Shown: piece by piece, positions 20,350-28,510 of the stretch
Layout: each line of letters begins with the position of its first letter
Numbering within the stretch: position 1 is the first letter of the stretch
Assembly: GCA_963758295.1 (NCBI GenBank)
Contig: CAVWUU010000006.1
Location: 1-64,000 of the forward strand
Source of the DNA: Candidatus Eremiobacteria bacterium
Lineage (GTDB): Bacteria > Vulcanimicrobiota > Vulcanimicrobiia > Vulcanimicrobiales > Vulcanimicrobiaceae
DNA: 64,000 bases
Direction of reading: 5' to 3'
Made by a program: the position numbers and the translations under genes
Notes under the pieces: generated by a model
The model's input: only the letters and a program-made list of their open reading frames with translations
What the model was told of the DNA's origin: nothing
Database searches by the model: none

Positions 20350-21126
20350 CTAGACTACGACGCGGCGGCGCAAAAACCACTGCACGCCCAATACGGCAAC
20401 CGCAAGGACGATGAACCCATAGGTCAACGACAGCGCAGCGCGCACTCCCGACGCAGAAAGTGCGACATATAACGCAACCGGAAGCGACGCAGGATGATAC
20501 GCGACGATGCTCGTTGCTCCGTACTCGCCGATTGCGCGGAGCCAGGCGAATGCGACGCCCGCTGCGACATTACTCGCAGCGGCCGGAAGCGCGACTTGTT
20601 GGAAGATGCGCCACTCGCTTGCGCCGAGCGTCCGTGCGGCATCTTCGCATAACGGATCGGTCGCAGCGAATGCAGCCGTGGAAGCGATTGCAACGAACGA
20701 GCCGGAAACAAAAAATTCGGCCGCAACGACGCCCGCGATAGTGTCCGAAATGCTTCCTCCGTGCGCCGCGAGCCAAGCGCCGAACGGCGTAGCGGATCCT
20801 ACGGCGGCGAGTATCATGATGCCGGATGCTACGGGCGGGAACGCAAGCGGCAAAGCCAAGACGAACAGCAGGCCGGCGGCAACCCGGCGGCGCGTGCGCG
20901 CGAGCCAATAGCCCGCCGGAACGCCCAGCAGCGTTGCGACGCCGGTCGCAATCGTCGAAGCGACGAGCGAAACGCGTAGCGCATCGCCGGCAGGCGGCGT
21001 CGAGAAATCGTGGATCACGTCGGCCGGCGCGACGGTCGCCAGCACGGCGCCGACGGGCGCCAGAATTAAAACCAGCAAGAAAACCGCCGCCGCTGGGAAC
21101 AAGAGCCCTGGTACCGGTCGGGTCAT
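20350..21126 (-). CDS. ModB/CysT-like ABC permease (molybdate/tungstate/sulfate class)
   Basis: LPLAFPPVASG, EAA loop EDAARTLGAS, RAIGEYGAT. Confidence 0.85.
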   Translation of the reverse strand: MTRPVPGLLFPAAAVFLLVLILAPVGAVLATVAPADVIHDFSTPPAGDALRVSLVASTIATGVATLLGVPAGYWLARTRRRVAAGLLFVLALPLAFPPVASGIMILAAVGSATPFGAWLAAHGGSISDTIAGVVAAEFFVSGSFVAIASTAAFAATDPLCEDAARTLGASEWRIFQQVALPAAASNVAAGVAFAWLRAIGEYGATSIVAYHPASLPVALYVALSASGVRAALSLTYGFIVLAVAVLGVQWFLRRRVVV

Positions 21127-21161
21127 TAATAGAAGTTTACCAAAGCGACACGGCTTGCGGC

Positions 21162-21187
21162 GAGGCGGAGGGATTTTAGAGCGCGAA
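21162..21187 (+). promoter_or_regulatory. Putative sigmaH-like promoter (GAGG-N18-CGAA), 11 nt before ATG 21199
   Basis: Similar spacing recurs before several other genes in the window (see findings). Confidence 0.5.
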
Positions 21188-21198
21188 TGCCGGACCAA

Positions 21199-21621
21199 AT
21201 GTCCCAACGGAACTGGCGCGTTTTGATCGCCGACGACGATCCGGCCATCTGCACGCTCATCGATACGGTCCTGCGAAAGGGGCCGTACGAGATGATCATG
21301 TGCAATGATGCCGAGAGCGCGTTGGTTGCCGTCGACCGCAACGGCCCGTTCGACATCATTATTTGCGACTTCATGCTGCCGGGAATTTCCGGCATCGATC
21401 TGATCGAGCGGTTGCGCGCAAAGGAAAGCACCCGCGGCGTGCCGATCCTGATGATCTCGGGACATACAAACTACGCTATGGACGGCCGCGCCAAAAACGC
21501 CGGCGCAAACTTGTTCCTCAATAAGCCTTTCACCATTTCACAGTTGCGCTCGGCGGTGACCCAGCTACTCTCCGAATCGACAAAGCGCGACTCGTACTCC
21601 GGCCTCCCCACTTCGTACTAA
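21199..21621 (+). CDS. Single-domain response regulator (CheY-like)
   Basis: VLIADDD, phospho-Asp in IICDFMLP, GIDL, ISG, FLNKPF; alternative start 21187. Confidence 0.92.
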   Translation: MSQRNWRVLIADDDPAICTLIDTVLRKGPYEMIMCNDAESALVAVDRNGPFDIIICDFMLPGISGIDLIERLRAKESTRGVPILMISGHTNYAMDGRAKNAGANLFLNKPFTISQLRSAVTQLLSESTKRDSYSGLPTSY

Positions 21622-21639
21622 GCCCGCGAGCCAAGAGCA

Positions 21640-22203
21640 ATGACCTCTGCGATCAAGATCATCGTAGTCTCGCTTTCGCTTGCGCTTGACGTTTTTGCCG
21701 TCAGCATCGGGGTCGGCGTGCGCGGCGTGCCCAATCGCGTAAAATGGCGCATCGGGGCCGCGTTTGCCGGCGCCGAAATTCTAATGAATGTGATTGGAGC
21801 CGGTCTCGGCGCCGTGGCCGGAAGATTTTTGGGCGATGTTGCCGGTTATCTCGGCTTCATCGCGTTGCTCGGGCTCGGCTGTTACATGATCTACGAAAGC
21901 GTCCGTAATGTGGAAGACCGCGTTCCGCTCGACATGTCGACCGGGTGGGGACTCACCATTGCATCGCTTTCCATCAGCCTCGACTCGCTTGGCATCGGGT
22001 TTTCCATTCTTTACATCGGCGTGCCGATTGCGGTTTCGCTTACGGTCATCGGCGTGGTTTCCGTTTGCTCTACGGCGGCGGGATTGGCTCTCGGACGCCG
22101 GCTCGGCGTTCGCGTCGAGGAAAACGCCGAACTGATCGGCGGCGTTCTCCTGGCGATTACGGGCGTCGCGTTCATCGCGCTCAAGGCACTCCACCTAGGC
22201 TAG
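21640..22203 (+). CDS. mntP: Manganese efflux pump MntP family
   Basis: SLALDVFAVSIG and SISLDSLGIG repeats; AELIGG-x-x-L. Confidence 0.88.
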   Translation: MTSAIKIIVVSLSLALDVFAVSIGVGVRGVPNRVKWRIGAAFAGAEILMNVIGAGLGAVAGRFLGDVAGYLGFIALLGLGCYMIYESVRNVEDRVPLDMSTGWGLTIASLSISLDSLGIGFSILYIGVPIAVSLTVIGVVSVCSTAAGLALGRRLGVRVEENAELIGGVLLAITGVAFIALKALHLG

Positions 22204-22218
22204 AAGAACAGCGCCGGT

Positions 22219-23115
22219 ATGCATGTCCGCGCCGGCGATGAGATACTCGAGCTCGCTCTACAAAGTGGAGCGCGTTCCTTATTCGTTGTCGGAACGGCGA
22301 AAAACGTCGGAAAAACCGTCGCCATGCGAGCCATTTACGACGCGGCTGTCGAGCGCGCAATTGCGCCGGGCCTCACGTCGATCGGGCGCGACGGCGAGGC
22401 CGTCGACATCGGGGACGCGCAAGCCAAACCGCGACTCTTTCTACGGCCCGGGACTGTGCTTGCGACGGCGCGCGACGTGTTGCCGGTCTCTCCGGCGAGC
22501 GCGACGCTGGAACTCTCGCGTCTACAAACGGCAGCCGGGTCGCTCGTTTACGTTCGCGTGGAACACGGCGCATTTTACGAACTTGTCGGACCGCCGACGG
22601 CATCCGGCATTCGCGAAGCCGTTGACGTGCTCGCAAGATTCGTACCTTTCGTCATAGTCGACGGCGCAATCGACCGGATCGCCGCACTTGCCGGCGGAGA
22701 TGACGCGATCGTGGTCGCCGCCGGTGCTGCATCGTCGAATACGATGGATGATGCGGTTGCGGACGTGGCGGCGCTCGTGCGCCGGCTGCGCGTTCCGCAA
22801 TACGACGGAAAAAGCGATGCGTTGCATGTCGAAGGCGCCCTCACGCCGTCGGTGGCTTCACGATTGATTGCCGGCGGCGAGAAGCGCACGGTGGTCGTGC
22901 GAGATCCCACGCAGATCGTGCTCGCCGGAAAATCCGCGATTGCGGCACTCGAACGTCTGGATCTTCGATGTCTACGAACGCTCAACGTGATCGCGGTAAC
23001 GGTTGCTTCGATCGGCCGCAATGGCGCGTTCGAGCCGCGCGAGTTTGCGCGCGCTGTTTCAGCTGCCTGCGCTTTGCCCACGTTTGACGTGTATGCCGCG
23101 GAGCGCGCGGCGTGA
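22219..23115 (+). CDS. KamB-like lysine 5,6-aminomutase reactivase subunit
   Basis: G-x-AKNVGKT P-loop, TSIGRDGE-x-x-D, KP, VDGAIDR, GALT, RDPT-x-I; adjacent to kamC-like and kce. Confidence 0.7.
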   Translation: MHVRAGDEILELALQSGARSLFVVGTAKNVGKTVAMRAIYDAAVERAIAPGLTSIGRDGEAVDIGDAQAKPRLFLRPGTVLATARDVLPVSPASATLELSRLQTAAGSLVYVRVEHGAFYELVGPPTASGIREAVDVLARFVPFVIVDGAIDRIAALAGGDDAIVVAAGAASSNTMDDAVADVAALVRRLRVPQYDGKSDALHVEGALTPSVASRLIAGGEKRTVVVRDPTQIVLAGKSAIAALERLDLRCLRTLNVIAVTVASIGRNGAFEPREFARAVSAACALPTFDVYAAERAA

Positions 23116-24707
23116 GGGCGGAAACCCTGCTCGATGAAGCGACGGCGCGTGCGCTTGACTTCCGGTGGCTTTGTACGGCGCTTGCGCCCGCGAGCGATTA
23201 CGGCGACCGCGTCTTCACGGAACTGGTTCCATTTGTCCCCGGTGAAGAAAGCCTTGCCGCCCAACGCGCGCAAGGTATCGCCGCGATTGCAAGGGCGATT
23301 GACGCCGCTAAAGCCGATGCCGCTCGCGAGATCTTTCGCAACGTTCCCGATGCCGTCACCGCAATCGCTCGCGCTTCGATGGGCGATACGCTGAGCGATG
23401 CCAATTTTCTCGAGCTTCAGCGTTTTTTCGACGCCTGCCTCCGGATCGATACGCTCCTCGAATCGTCGGGCGTTTCTAAAACGTTTGACGATGCCGTTGA
23501 GGAGTGCGCGCGCGCGCTCGAGCTGGGACGCGCGGGAAAATTCGGCTTTTACCTCGACGACAAATTCGACGCGTCGCTGACCCGCTCGCGTGCGGATCTG
23601 GAACGCGCGCAAGCCGAATACGATGCCGTTCGCGGCCGCGCCGTCGCAGCAGTTGCCGAAGCTCTCGGCCGGGAGATTTCAGGCAGCGAGTTCATCGTCA
23701 TGCGAAACGACCTGCACGGCGCGTTGCCCGCGGGCGTGCGCGTCGTGCGCGAAGCGGCTACTTATTTGCTCTGCGAAATCGACGCAGATGAAGCAACGCT
23801 CGCGGCGCTCGAACGGCGCGACGCGCAAGCAACGGCCGTCGCTCGAGCCGAAGAAGCTCTGCGCTTGCGGTTATCTTCCACGATCCGCGCGCATGCGGCT
23901 GCGCTCGACGCCGCTGCATGGCGTTTCGGCGAAGTCGACGTGCTTGTGAGCGCGGCCCGCTTCACCATTTCGCACCGCTGCATGGCCGCGGACTATAAGA
24001 CAACGCTGGAGCTGACCTACAGCAATGCGCGATTCATTCCGCTCGCGCTCGAACTTGAACGTGAAGGCCGCTCGTTTACGGCGCTGACCGTCGAACTCGA
24101 CGACCTGGCGGTTCTTACCGGACCGAACATGGGCGGCAAAAGCGTCGTCTTGCGTACGTCAGGATTTATAGCAATGTGCGCGGCATTCGGTGTGCCGGTC
24201 CCGGCTGATTCGGCGGTGTGCGCGCTTTTCGACGACATAGCGTGGCTTGGTGTCGGCGCCGATGGCGAAACCGGTGGCCTGCTCTCGTCGTTCGCACGCG
24301 AAGTCGTGCGTTTGCGAGAACTCCTCGCCCGCAAACGCAGCCGCCGCTTCGTGCTGCTCGACGAATTCGCGCGCACCACGACGCCTGCCGAAGGACGCGC
24401 GCTGCTGGTGGCCGTCGTCGAACGCCTGCGCAACCTCGACGCCGCCGGGCTTGCGGCAACCCATCTTGCCGGCGTCGCCGCCGCTGCAGGCGTGAAGCAT
24501 TTCGCCGTTCGCGGGCTGCGTGGAATTCCGAAGAAGCCCGCGACGAACGATCTTTCCGCGGCACTTGCAACTTTGGGCGCCTCGATGGATTACACCATTG
24601 AAGAAATCGAGGATGAGTCGGCAAAGCGTTCGGACGCGATCGCTCTTGCCTCGTTGCTTGGTCTCGACGACGAACTCGTCGCTTCGGCATACAAGGAACT
24701 GCGGTAA
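23112..24707 (+). CDS. KamC-like MutS-family ATPase (domain V only; aminomutase reactivase)
   Basis: LTGPNMGGKS, LLSSFARE, LLDEFARTT-x-P-x-EG, ATH, VRGL, MDY; no mismatch-binding or Smr domain. Confidence 0.75.
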   Translation: MRAETLLDEATARALDFRWLCTALAPASDYGDRVFTELVPFVPGEESLAAQRAQGIAAIARAIDAAKADAAREIFRNVPDAVTAIARASMGDTLSDANFLELQRFFDACLRIDTLLESSGVSKTFDDAVEECARALELGRAGKFGFYLDDKFDASLTRSRADLERAQAEYDAVRGRAVAAVAEALGREISGSEFIVMRNDLHGALPAGVRVVREAATYLLCEIDADEATLAALERRDAQATAVARAEEALRLRLSSTIRAHAAALDAAAWRFGEVDVLVSAARFTISHRCMAADYKTTLELTYSNARFIPLALELEREGRSFTALTVELDDLAVLTGPNMGGKSVVLRTSGFIAMCAAFGVPVPADSAVCALFDDIAWLGVGADGETGGLLSSFAREVVRLRELLARKRSRRFVLLDEFARTTTPAEGRALLVAVVERLRNLDAAGLAATHLAGVAAAAGVKHFAVRGLRGIPKKPATNDLSAALATLGASMDYTIEEIEDESAKRSDAIALASLLGLDDELVASAYKELR

Positions 24708-24820
24708 ACGAACACGCCGCAGCGCTTCTCACTACAGCGCTCATCCGTTCCTCGCATGCGCACGACGGGCACTGCCGGCCGCCCGAGTGAACTTTCGGGC
24801 GAGCGTCGAAGGTCCGGAGC

Positions 24821-25654
24821 ATGGAACCACTGATCATCACCTGCGCGCCGGTAGGCGCGGAAGTCATGCCCGACGCCACGCCGCATTTGCCGTTCACGCC
24901 GGCCAAGCTCGGTGAAACGGCGAAAGCCATCCGTGAAGCGGGCGCCGCGATCGTCCACGTGCATTGCCGCAACGACGACGGTTCCAACACCCATAGCGTC
25001 GGCCGCTTTCGCGAAGCGCAGGCGGCGGTTCGTTCCAACAGCGATCTGATCGTCCAATTTTCAACCGGCGGCGCCATCGGCATGACGCCGGAAGAACGCG
25101 CGTCGGTGCTCGAGCTTCGCCCGGAAATGGCAACCCTCACCTGCGGGACGGTGAATTTCGGCGACGACGTCTTCGAAAACAGTTTCCCGATCATGCGTGG
25201 GATTTTGGCGCGAATGCAGGAGTTCGACGTGCGTCCCGAGCTCGAAATTTTCGACAAGGGTCATCTTGCCAATGCGCGACGCTTGGCGAAGGAAGGCCTG
25301 CTCAAATTCCCGCAGCACGTCGACTTCGTTCTTGGCGTTCCCGGCGGGATGGAAGCGACCGTTCAGAATCTCGCGGACCTCGTCGACGATCTGCCTCAGG
25401 GCTGCACTTGGTCCGTCGCCGGCATCGGGCGGCAACAGCTCCCGATGGCGCTCGCTGCTATCGCGATGGGCGGTCACGTGCGGGTTGGGCTCGAGGACAA
25501 CCTCTATTACAGCAAAGGCCGGCTCGCGCGAAACGAGGAGCTTGTGGCGCGCGTTGCCCGTATTGCCGAAGAAGCCGGACGTCCCGTGGCGAGTCCTGAC
25601 GAGGCGCGTCGCATCCTGGGACTGAAGGGTTCACCGCAACCGCTTCATAACTAG
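24821..25654 (+). CDS. kce: 3-keto-5-aminohexanoate cleavage enzyme (DUF849/BKACE)
   Basis: LIITCA-x-x-GAE, H-x-H-x-R, STGGA, PEMATL-x-CG-x-x-NFG, PELEIFD, GGHVRVGLEDN. Confidence 0.9.
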   Translation: MEPLIITCAPVGAEVMPDATPHLPFTPAKLGETAKAIREAGAAIVHVHCRNDDGSNTHSVGRFREAQAAVRSNSDLIVQFSTGGAIGMTPEERASVLELRPEMATLTCGTVNFGDDVFENSFPIMRGILARMQEFDVRPELEIFDKGHLANARRLAKEGLLKFPQHVDFVLGVPGGMEATVQNLADLVDDLPQGCTWSVAGIGRQQLPMALAAIAMGGHVRVGLEDNLYYSKGRLARNEELVARVARIAEEAGRPVASPDEARRILGLKGSPQPLHN

Positions 25655-25684
25655 CCGCGGTTCAACTTCCGGCTCGTCAGCCGG

Positions 25685-26701
25685 TTGTCGGAGGGCCGGT
25701 CCATATTCACCTACGTGGTAAGGCGGACGCTTCAGGCGATTCCGCTGCTGATTCTGATCTCGTTCATCCTGTTTATCATTTTGAATAATGCGCCGGGTGG
25801 ACCGCTCGCGCCGTACCTGCAGAATCCGCATATTACCGCGGCCGACATCGCAAGGTTGAAAGCCAATCTCGGGTTGACGCCGCCGCCCGGCGTTCCCGAT
25901 TGGGCCTGGACGGTCGTCCGGTATTTCAAGTGGCTGGGAACCGTGCTGCATGGCGACCTCGGCTATTCGACGAGCAACTCGCAACCGGTCGTTCAAGCGA
26001 TTCTCGAACGTTTGCCCGCGACGCTTGAACTGATGCTCACGTCGTTCATCTTCAGCGTAATCGTGGGACTGTCGGCGGGTATTTTTTCGGCCGTTCGTCC
26101 GTACTCGTTCGCGGACTACTTTATAACGACGTTTGCGTTCTTCGGGCAATCCATGCCGGTGTTTTGGTTCGCGCTGATGCTGCAACTCGCGTTTGCCGTT
26201 CACGGCATTCCGCTTCCCGGCGGCTATGAAATCATCTTACCGTCGGCCGGTTTGAGCTCGAGCGATACGTTCGACTTCGCGGACCGTGCATCGCATCTCG
26301 TCCTTCCGGTCATCGTTTTGTCCCTTTTGAACCTGGCGCTATTTAGCCGCTTCATGCGCTCGTCGCTTCTCGAAGTGATGAAGACCGATTACATGCGCAC
26401 CGCAGCTGCGAAAGGCTTGAACTTTCGCACGATCCTCTTTAAGCACGGTTTGAAGAACGCGTTCATTCCGGTCGTTACGGTTCTCGCACTTTCGCTGCCC
26501 GGCGTACTGGGCGGCGCGATCGTTACCGAAACGATCTTTGCGTGGCCGGGCGCCGGCCGCATGTTCTATAACGCCTTGACGCAGAGTGACATCGCGTTAA
26601 TGATGGGCTACCTGCTGATTCTCGCGTTCTTCGTCGTTTTCTCGAATCTCCTCGCCGACGTGCTCTACGCGTGGCTCGATCCGCGCGTGAAGTACGACTA
26701 G
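25685..26701 (+). CDS. Oligopeptide/dipeptide ABC permease (OppB/DppB-like)
   Basis: GDLGYS, RLPATLEL, SMPVFW, DYMRTAAAKGL, ETIFAWPG, DPR. Confidence 0.95.
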   Translation: MSEGRSIFTYVVRRTLQAIPLLILISFILFIILNNAPGGPLAPYLQNPHITAADIARLKANLGLTPPPGVPDWAWTVVRYFKWLGTVLHGDLGYSTSNSQPVVQAILERLPATLELMLTSFIFSVIVGLSAGIFSAVRPYSFADYFITTFAFFGQSMPVFWFALMLQLAFAVHGIPLPGGYEIILPSAGLSSSDTFDFADRASHLVLPVIVLSLLNLALFSRFMRSSLLEVMKTDYMRTAAAKGLNFRTILFKHGLKNAFIPVVTVLALSLPGVLGGAIVTETIFAWPGAGRMFYNALTQSDIALMMGYLLILAFFVVFSNLLADVLYAWLDPRVKYD

Positions 26702-26709
26702 AAGGCGTC

Positions 26710-27648
26710 ATGGCAACAACGCTTCCGCTCGAGCCGAAAATGCACGACGACACTTCCGACGCCGTCTACTCGAAGGTGACGTTCTGGACGCGTCTTCGAC
26801 GTCACAAGCTCGCCGTTACCGGCATGATCGTGCTGCTGCTCATCGTGATCGCGGCCGTCTTCGCAAAACTGCTCGCGCCGTTCGATCCCAACTTCATCGA
26901 CCCGGCATGGCAAGGCAACCCGCTTCCGCCGTGTTTCCAAGACGCGGCAGCATGCGCGCATCACCTGTTAGGAAGCGACGAGGTCGGACGCGACATTCTT
27001 TCGCGTTTGCTCTTCGGCGCTCGCATTTCGCTGCAAGTCGGCATCTTCGCCGTCGTCATGGAAGTCGTCATCGGAACGATCCTCGGCGCGTTAGCCGGCT
27101 ACTACGGCGGGTGGGTGGACTGGCTGCTCATGCGCATCACCGACGTTTTTTTATCGATTCCGCTGCTGCCGCTGCTCCTGGTACTCACGGCGATCGTCGC
27201 GGCCAGCTCGTCGAAGGCGGCGCTGGGCTTCGGCGTCATCGTGTTGATTATCGGCGCCCTATCATGGCCGCCCGTCGCTCGTCTCGTACGAGCCTCGTTC
27301 CTTACCCTGCGCGAACGCGAGTTTGCGGAGGCGGCGCGCGCCGTCGGCAATAACGACTTACGTATCATCTTCCGGCACTTGCTTCCCAATGCGATTGCGC
27401 CGATCGTCGTCCAAGCGACCCTAGACGTCGCGAACGTCATCGTCCTCGAATCTACGCTCTCATTCCTCGGCTTCGGCATTCAACCACCCACCGCGTCGTG
27501 GGGCAACATGCTGGCGAACGCCCAAGCGAATCTTCAGATCGCGTGGTGGGCGGCAGTCTTCCCGGGCCTTTGCATTCTCGTCACCGTGCTGGCGATTAAC
27601 TATATCGGCGACGGTCTGCGCGATGCACTTGACCCGAACATGAGGTAG
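26710..27648 (+). CDS. Oligopeptide/dipeptide ABC permease (OppC/DppC-like)
   Basis: HLLGSDEVGRD, GARISL, REFAEAARAVG, RHLLPN, LSFLGFG, GDGLRDALDP. Confidence 0.95.
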   Translation: MATTLPLEPKMHDDTSDAVYSKVTFWTRLRRHKLAVTGMIVLLLIVIAAVFAKLLAPFDPNFIDPAWQGNPLPPCFQDAAACAHHLLGSDEVGRDILSRLLFGARISLQVGIFAVVMEVVIGTILGALAGYYGGWVDWLLMRITDVFLSIPLLPLLLVLTAIVAASSSKAALGFGVIVLIIGALSWPPVARLVRASFLTLREREFAEAARAVGNNDLRIIFRHLLPNAIAPIVVQATLDVANVIVLESTLSFLGFGIQPPTASWGNMLANAQANLQIAWWAAVFPGLCILVTVLAINYIGDGLRDALDPNMR

Positions 27649-27658
27649 GCTATAGACT
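27629..27658 (+). promoter_or_regulatory. Possible sigmaA promoter for tRNA-Leu (TTGACC-N18-TAGACT)
   Basis: Near-consensus -35 and -10 elements ~55 nt upstream of the tRNA. Confidence 0.4.
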
Positions 27659-27712
27659 ACCGTAGTTGTCCCGGCGCGGATGTGCCGTGGACCAACGTTG
27701 TTTAGCCCTCGT

Positions 27713-27799
27713 GCGCAAGTGGCGGAATTGGTAGACGCACTAGCTTGAGGGGCTAGCGGGAGCAATCTCGTGCTGGTTCGAGTCCAGTCTTGCGCACCA
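27713..27799 (+). tRNA. tRNA-Leu (GAG)
   Basis: Acceptor stem GCGCAAG/CTTGCGC, D-loop GGAATTGGTAGAC, anticodon arm CTAGC-TTGAGGG-GCTAG, long variable arm, GGTTCGAGTCC, encoded CCA. Confidence 0.97.
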
Positions 27800-27802
27800 T
27801 AA

Positions 27803-27830
27803 CGAAGAAGGCCCACCGGGGTCTTTTTTG
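27803..27830 (+). terminator. Rho-independent terminator after tRNA-Leu
   Basis: AAGGCCC-accg-GGGTCTT hairpin followed by a T-run. Confidence 0.75.
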
Positions 27831-27943
27831 TTGTGGTTGCACAAGACTATTGAGTGAACGCCAATCGATTTAGAGGACCCAATCCTTACGCGGTGCCCCG
27901 GAGTTTGCCAAACGAGGACCGAACAAGGAAAGCAAGCGCTTTA

Positions 27944-28132
27944 ATGTCGCGTCGTTTCGCATTGGTAAAGGGATCCGTGAAAAACAAATCGTCGATCAGC
28001 TATTTCGCCCTCGGCATCGCGCTCGGCACCTCATTGGGCGTCGCGACCCACCAGCTGGCATTCGGAATCGGGCTCGGAGTGGTCTTTGGCGCAATGCTTG
28101 GTGCGGCAGCCAACCGGAGGCGCGGCTCCTAG
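27944..28132 (+). CDS. Small two-TM glycine-zipper membrane protein
   Basis: LGIALGTSLGV...FGIGLGVVFGAMLG then RRR; followed by hairpin and T-run at 28139-28160; start uncertain (27944 or 27977). Confidence 0.55.
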   Translation: MSRRFALVKGSVKNKSSISYFALGIALGTSLGVATHQLAFGIGLGVVFGAMLGAAANRRRGS

Positions 28133-28510
28133 TCAAGCAAGCGGACGGACACCGCTTTTTGGCCTCACCCGCCGCCAATTACCAGCCGCGGCCCGCGGTA
28201 AGGTGAGCGCGAAATACAGCTGCGCAGATGCGCGATGGGTGACGTCGCGGGTTTAGTACCGTCGATGCGAAGCCTTTCACGCAGGCAAGCGAGAGTATCG
28301 CGTCTCGGTGATGCGTAAGGCGTTCGCCGGCTAAGTGCCGGCGCATCGAAAGGAAGTAAGCCGCGTTATTTTGACACGGATTTGATGCGGCTCTTGACCG
28401 GAGCCTCATGAAAAGCTGATATTCTTGTCGTTGAATTGCCTGGTCTTCGAAACAACGGCCGGCTTTTGCGCGTAGAGCGGATTGAAAAAGCTGACCAAGG
28501 AGTCTCTAAC

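Noticed and set aside
23112..24707. MutS/MutS2 DNA-repair gene
   Set aside because: Only the ATPase domain is recognisable, there is no mismatch or Smr domain, and the kamB/kce context points to KamC.
28178..28202. CAGCCGCGG...CGCGGTAA resembling the 16S rRNA 515-530 region
   Set aside because: Short imperfect match with no flanking rRNA sequence.
27713..28510. Genomic island integrated at tRNA-Leu
   Set aside because: No integrase, and I saw no duplicate of the tRNA 3' end in the window.
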